A DNA stretch of 64,000 nt from an uncultured Planctomycetaceae bacterium. Lineage in GTDB: Bacteria > Planctomycetota > Planctomycetia > Pirellulales > Pirellulaceae. Position 1 is the stretch's first letter; each line of letters begins with the position of its first letter. Location: positions 16,004 through 80,003 of the forward strand of contig CAVQSF010000033.1 in the NCBI GenBank assembly GCA_963715275.1, given 5' to 3'. The translations under genes and the position numbers were made by a program. The notes under the pieces are model-generated. The model was not told the DNA's origin. It did no database searches and saw only the letters and a list, made by a program, of their open reading frames with translations. Shown piece by piece: positions 62,617 through 64,000 of this stretch.

Positions 62617-62719
62617 TAAGCACCAAGGCAGAAGTTTTTCCGCATTATTGGCCGATTTGGCGTTAGCCACGTTAGCCACGGTTTGCTCAAATGACAGAAA
62701 ACTTGTGCGTAGGTGCTTA
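62617..62719. mobile_element. MITE-like element, family 1 copy B (with internal 9-bp duplication)
   Basis: TAAGCACCAAGGCAGAAGTTTTTCCGCATTATT ... CAAATGACAGAAAACTTGTGCGTAGGTGCTTA; matches 33896-33988. Confidence 0.75.
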
Positions 62720-62812
62720 CTGTCAGCCTGAGACGAAATCACTCGGAAGTCACGACTTACCGAGAAGCCAGGAATTTTCACCGGGAATTGCAAAATTTCC
62801 AAAAACTCAATT

Positions 62813-63724
62813 CTAGAATCCCATTTCTAGAAATTGCGGAGCGCTGGGCGATTTTTCAGTAGGTACACTTCCGCCTCGCCGCCCTCCGCCTTCGGAATCT
62901 GGATGACTTCGTTCGTGTCCATCGGATCGCCCGCGATCGCGACCTCCGCGTCCACCACCGCCGGGAGCGCCAGGACGTGGCCCCCAGCCGATACGGGGTG
63001 GAGGAAGATCGGCAAACGAGGCACCTTCGAGATTTTTTAAGGCTATGCGTTGTGGCTCCGACAGCTCGGTAGACAGCCTTTCATTGACGCTTGCCTCAAT
63101 TTCCGCAAACAGGCTCTCAAGATTCTTGGGGGTATTTTCATTGCGAGAGCGCAAGATCCGATCCATGCGAGACTGGTTCATCTCAATCAACTCTTTGCGG
63201 ATATGCGATCGCGACCGCCGGAATTCTTCCAGGTCACTGCCGGCCAAATTGATGCGTCGGGCCACCTCGGCATTTTCTGCCGCAGCCACGCCAAGATGTT
63301 GCACATACAGCCCGAGTAGGCGGTCAAACTGTGGTTCGTCGAGCAATTTACGCGACTGCTCGTCCATCGTTTTCATGGCCTGCAAGACTCTTGCCTGCCG
63401 TTGTTCCCGAGTTATTTTTCCTTCACGCTCTTCTGACCACAGCGTGCGCATGGTGTCAAAGGACGCTTTCATTCCGTTTTTGAATGTCTCAAACGACTCA
63501 TCTGAGAATTTGATCTCTTTGCGTACGGGCTCGTGAAACAGCAGTCCAAGAATCTCTCGATTTGGTGTCGCCTCGTGGATTTCTCGCATCGATTCGCGGG
63601 CCGAATGCGAAAGACCTCCGCGACCAGAGGGTCCGCCGCCGGACTGGCTGAGTGTGCGTGATGACGGGGTGGCCACCAGGATCGCGATAAACAAGGCTCG
63701 AACCCACACGGCAGGGTTCTCCAT
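62813..63724 (-). CDS. Secreted helical protein with Gly/Arg-rich tail (LTxxQ-like repeats)
   Basis: Signal peptide; VRKEIKFSDE, LLDEPQFDRL, LSEPQRIALKNLEG. Confidence 0.65.
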   Translation of the reverse strand: MENPAVWVRALFIAILVATPSSRTLSQSGGGPSGRGGLSHSARESMREIHEATPNREILGLLFHEPVRKEIKFSDESFETFKNGMKASFDTMRTLWSEEREGKITREQRQARVLQAMKTMDEQSRKLLDEPQFDRLLGLYVQHLGVAAAENAEVARRINLAGSDLEEFRRSRSHIRKELIEMNQSRMDRILRSRNENTPKNLESLFAEIEASVNERLSTELSEPQRIALKNLEGASFADLPPPRIGWGPRPGAPGGGGRGGRDRGRSDGHERSHPDSEGGGRRGGSVPTEKSPSAPQFLEMGF

Positions 63725-63765
63725 GAAAGATGAGATAACGGGCCTGAACTAGCTTATTAAACACG

Positions 63766-63798
63766 AAAACGGGCGGCTTGATTCGCCGCCCGTCTTTT
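63766..63798. terminator. Intrinsic terminator, possibly bidirectional
   Basis: ACGGGCGGC-N7-GCCGCCCGT with A/T tails. Confidence 0.75.
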
Positions 63799-63829
63799 CA
63801 GCTTCACATTTTTTCAAAATGAGTTTTGC

Positions 63830-64000
63830 CTAATTGTCATTACCCGGACGGTTTCCACCAGGACGACCGCCACCTGGGCGTCCACCGCCAGGTCCCCCAG
63901 GTCCGCGACCGCCGCCGAATCCGCCAAATCCAGCATTCTCAGGAAACTCGAATTTCTCGCCCTTCATTTTGTCCAGCGTGGCTATTTGATCCTTGCTCAG
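63830..64000 (-). CDS. C-terminal part of a paralogous helical protein with Gly-rich tail (runs off the window)
   Basis: LSKDQIATLDKMKGEKFEFPENAGFGGFGGGRGPGG...GNDN*. Confidence 0.7.
   Translation of the reverse strand: MSKDQIATLDKMKGEKFEFPENAGFGGFGGGRGPGGPGGGRPGGGRPGGNRPGNDN

Noticed and set aside
5647-63536. Many long antisense or alternate-frame ORFs (e.g. 7284-8105, 10885-11667, 19963-20739, 22810-23493)
   Set aside because: Shadow ORFs of GC-rich genes with no motifs

Overview
GC-rich bacterial DNA. The gene content (sulfatases, Tat-exported Gfo/Idh/MocA oxidoreductases, DUF4159, LRR lipoprotein, HEAT-like protein, GTAG-type REPs) strongly suggests a planctomycete of the Pirellulaceae type; this is inference. 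The first ~2 kb is the decayed end of an island integrated at the 3' end of a tmRNA gene (ssrA, 2070-2427, minus strand, tag ADANLAMAA), made of fused fragments of xfp, class I fba, a cupin and a tyrosine integrase. The rest looks like core chromosome. It includes a molybdate ABC system with a two-domain ModA, facing a minus-strand run of MFP/ABC exporter, HesA-type E1 enzyme, MoaD-like sulfur carrier and DMT. It also carries ZIP, deaD, CBS-PPase, dnaG-rpoD, sulfatases and oxidoreductases, rluA-SLOG-dgt-usp-proC-fmt, gdh, a seven-gene RDD/SpoIIM/MoxR/DUF58 operon, a D-aminoacylase and bioB. The best candidate for an undescribed system is a lipid cluster (45.1-49.3 kb): phytoene-desaturase-like flavoprotein, FabZ, FabI and a GNAT resembling bacterial ceramide synthase. 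Intergenic DNA holds several small repeat families, including ~95-105 bp TA-flanked MITE-like elements wrapped around REP-like hairpins. About six genes are split by single indels, mostly at homopolymer or dinucleotide runs, probably long-read errors. No rRNA, tRNA or CRISPR array was seen. All family assignments are from motif recognition by eye, not database searches.
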